From Vitrella brassicaformis CCMP3155 (Eukaryota > Protista > Chromerida): a DNA stretch of 64,000 nucleotides. The notes below the pieces were generated by a model, which was given only the letters and a program-made list of their open reading frames with translations, was not told where the DNA came from and did no database searches. The stretch spans positions 1 to 64,000 of the forward strand of contig CDMY01000432.1 in assembly GCA_001179505.1 (NCBI GenBank), read 5' to 3'. Below, in pieces: positions 62,687 to 64,000 of the stretch (its first letter is position 1; the number at the start of each line of letters is the position of its first letter). The position numbers were made by a program, and so were the translations under genes.

Positions 62687-63428
62687 CGACGCGACGCCAT
62701 GGTGCGGCGTGGTGTGCATGGCATGGCATGGCGTGTTTGGATCAGTGAGCAAGTGCTAATGGGAGCACTCATCTGATCTGGCCTGCGAAATGAAGCGAAG
62801 CGACCGGAGAGAGCGAGAGAGAGAGAGATACACAGCGAGGCATTGGTCTGTGTGTGTGGCCAGTGCCCATGTGTAAGTGCCGCGTGAGTGTGTCGTCAAG
62901 TCCAGTCCACCGGTGGGTACCGTCCATCTATCTTTCCGAAGGATAAAGATGTGGATGGGCGTTGCCGGCTGGCTGTGGCTGGGTGGCATTCTCGCATTCC
63001 ATGCAATCAAATCAGTCGGTGTCATTTTTTCTTTTGATTGGCATGACCGACCGATAGCTACCTAGATGGATGGATGGATGGATGGATGCTCGACGAGTGA
63101 GTGCTGCCACATAGACACAGTCCCGAGGGCTGTACTGCTGAAAGCAGCTTTGCGCCTTTAATGATAGCGACAGTTAAGCAAGTGAGGTGCCAGCAAGTTT
63201 GCAGAGAGGCCGTTAAGTCTGAGCGTCAGCAAATCAGGTGAAATCAGCTTTGCGACGCTCAGAGAGAGGATGCATGCAGAGCACTCCAAAACTGAGATGG
63301 CCCACGACCACTTTTGCGACAATCTGCAGCTCGCGCCCCCACTTGACGACAGTGATATTTTGCTCTGATATTGCTCTGCAAGGTCCCCTGCTGCACCTCT
63401 CGTGTCGTTTCTGCCACACACGTACAGC

Positions 63429-64000
63429 ATGCCCGTTCCCCCACCCCTCCCCCCTCCTGGCGCCAACGCGCCGTCCGTCGTGTCGCTAGCGGGCGCCCCG
63501 CAGGCCCTCTATCCTCACCCTCACTATGGATATCCGCCCCCCCATACGAAAATGGCCGGTAGGCGAGCGAGAAAGGTCCGAGGGGGCCAGGAGTTCCATG
63601 CATGGGAATTACGTATGCATTTCGTTGGGTGCATTTCGTTTTTTGTGGATGGATGCAGTTGACACAGGCCACCTGTCAGTGCAGAAGGCGTCTGCAGACT
63701 CGGAGGAAGAGAGAGAGGCCGCCGAGGAGCTGAGGGCATCGAAGCGCGGGGCCAAAAAGAACCGCTCGAAGAAGAAGAGCGGTAACAAGAGTGGCCTCCA
63801 GCCATTGCATTGGATGCATCCATCGGTCATGTTTGTCATGTGTGTGCAGATGGAACAGAGGAGTGGAGGCCGGGCTGTGAGACCAAGGACAAAAACAAAA
63901 GCGGCCGCGGCCAAAAGCGAAAACACTCAACTGACGATAATGGTCAGTCAGTCAGCAAAGAGACACGCTCGTATGAACCGAAGAGCCGCACCTCAGACCC
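63429..64000 (+). CDS. Hypothetical Pro-rich/basic protein, truncated by the window edge (true start may be near 63297)
   Basis: MPVPPPLPPPGANAP..HTKMA|..EEEREAAEELRASKRGAKKNRSKKKS|..; successive GT-AG-bounded exons. Confidence 0.45.

Overview
Eukaryotic, GC-rich, intron-dense genomic DNA with microsatellite-rich introns. The oocyst-wall-type protein, bipartite plastid-targeting leaders and expanded ankyrin/BTB families point to a chromerid alveolate, most likely Vitrella brassicaformis (inference). From left to right: tRNA-Thr(CGT); DHX33-like DEAH helicase spanning a 300-N gap; two BTB/POZ-TLDc paralogs (the second frameshifted at its start) flanking two divergent ankyrin genes; a 6-TM + PAS protein carrying two in-frame TAG codons in an identical 10-nt context; a BTB protein; a Cys-repeat oocyst-wall-like protein; a plastid-targeted Lon N-domain protein; a REDIC1/C12orf40-like protein; kinesin-3; PAT1; a 5-kb island of decayed fragments (LTR gag + zinc knuckle, RNR small subunit piece, DOT1-like methyltransferase); a hypothetical gene; exportin-T; plastid ribosomal protein S1 with a long N-extension and a C-terminal WWE-like domain; and a truncated gene at the right edge. 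The most notable observations are a recurring AGCTCGC(A/G) motif just upstream of most genes, the paired amber codons, the bS1-WWE architecture and the REDIC1-like N-terminus. Gene models were spliced by eye and no database searches were run.
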